From contig JBFRWN010000135.1 of the NCBI GenBank assembly GCA_051439605.1, positions 1 to 33,127 on the forward strand: a DNA stretch of 33,127 nt. Reading direction: 5' to 3'. This DNA comes from Synechococcus sp. (GTDB taxonomy: Bacteria; Cyanobacteriota; Cyanobacteriia; Thermostichales; PCC-7336). Positions 31,246 to 33,127 of this stretch are shown piece after piece. The notes beneath the pieces are model-generated. The model saw nothing but the letters and a program-made list of their open reading frames with translations, ran no database searches and was not told where the DNA came from. The number at the start of each line of letters is the position of its first letter. Positions within the stretch are counted from its first letter, which is position 1. The position numbers and the translations under genes were made by a program.

Positions 31246-33127
<1,882 letters not shown>

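Overview
This is a core-genome window of a cyanobacterium. The evidence is frequent HIP1 GCGATCGC octamers, raf1, chlI and a cyanobacterial-type rrn operon. In order, it holds: a small membrane protein, raf1, a DUF3598-like gene, the dapA-rnj pair, an RluE-like pseudouridine synthase, glmU, chlI, ABA4-like, YchJ, DUF389- and DUF3887-like genes, amiC-murI, two uncharacterised secreted proteins, ilvA, cobN, an intron-less tRNA-Leu(UAA), a DUF554-like gene, a coupled GCS2-like ligase plus M14 peptidase pair, and an rRNA operon (16S, tRNA-Ile, tRNA-Ala, and a 23S cut off by the window end). Four signals stand out. (1) The ligase/peptidase two-gene module is a candidate reversible glutamylation or gamma-glutamyl-peptide system. 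(2) A cluster of mobile-element remnants lies between glmU and chlI: an IS1-like end, plus a MITE-like element with three copies of one 25-bp terminal repeat. (3) A small palindromic repeat is inserted in frame inside cobN. (4) One secreted protein is built from a tandem helical repeat and an Arg-rich tail. All family calls come from motif recognition by eye; no database searches were run.
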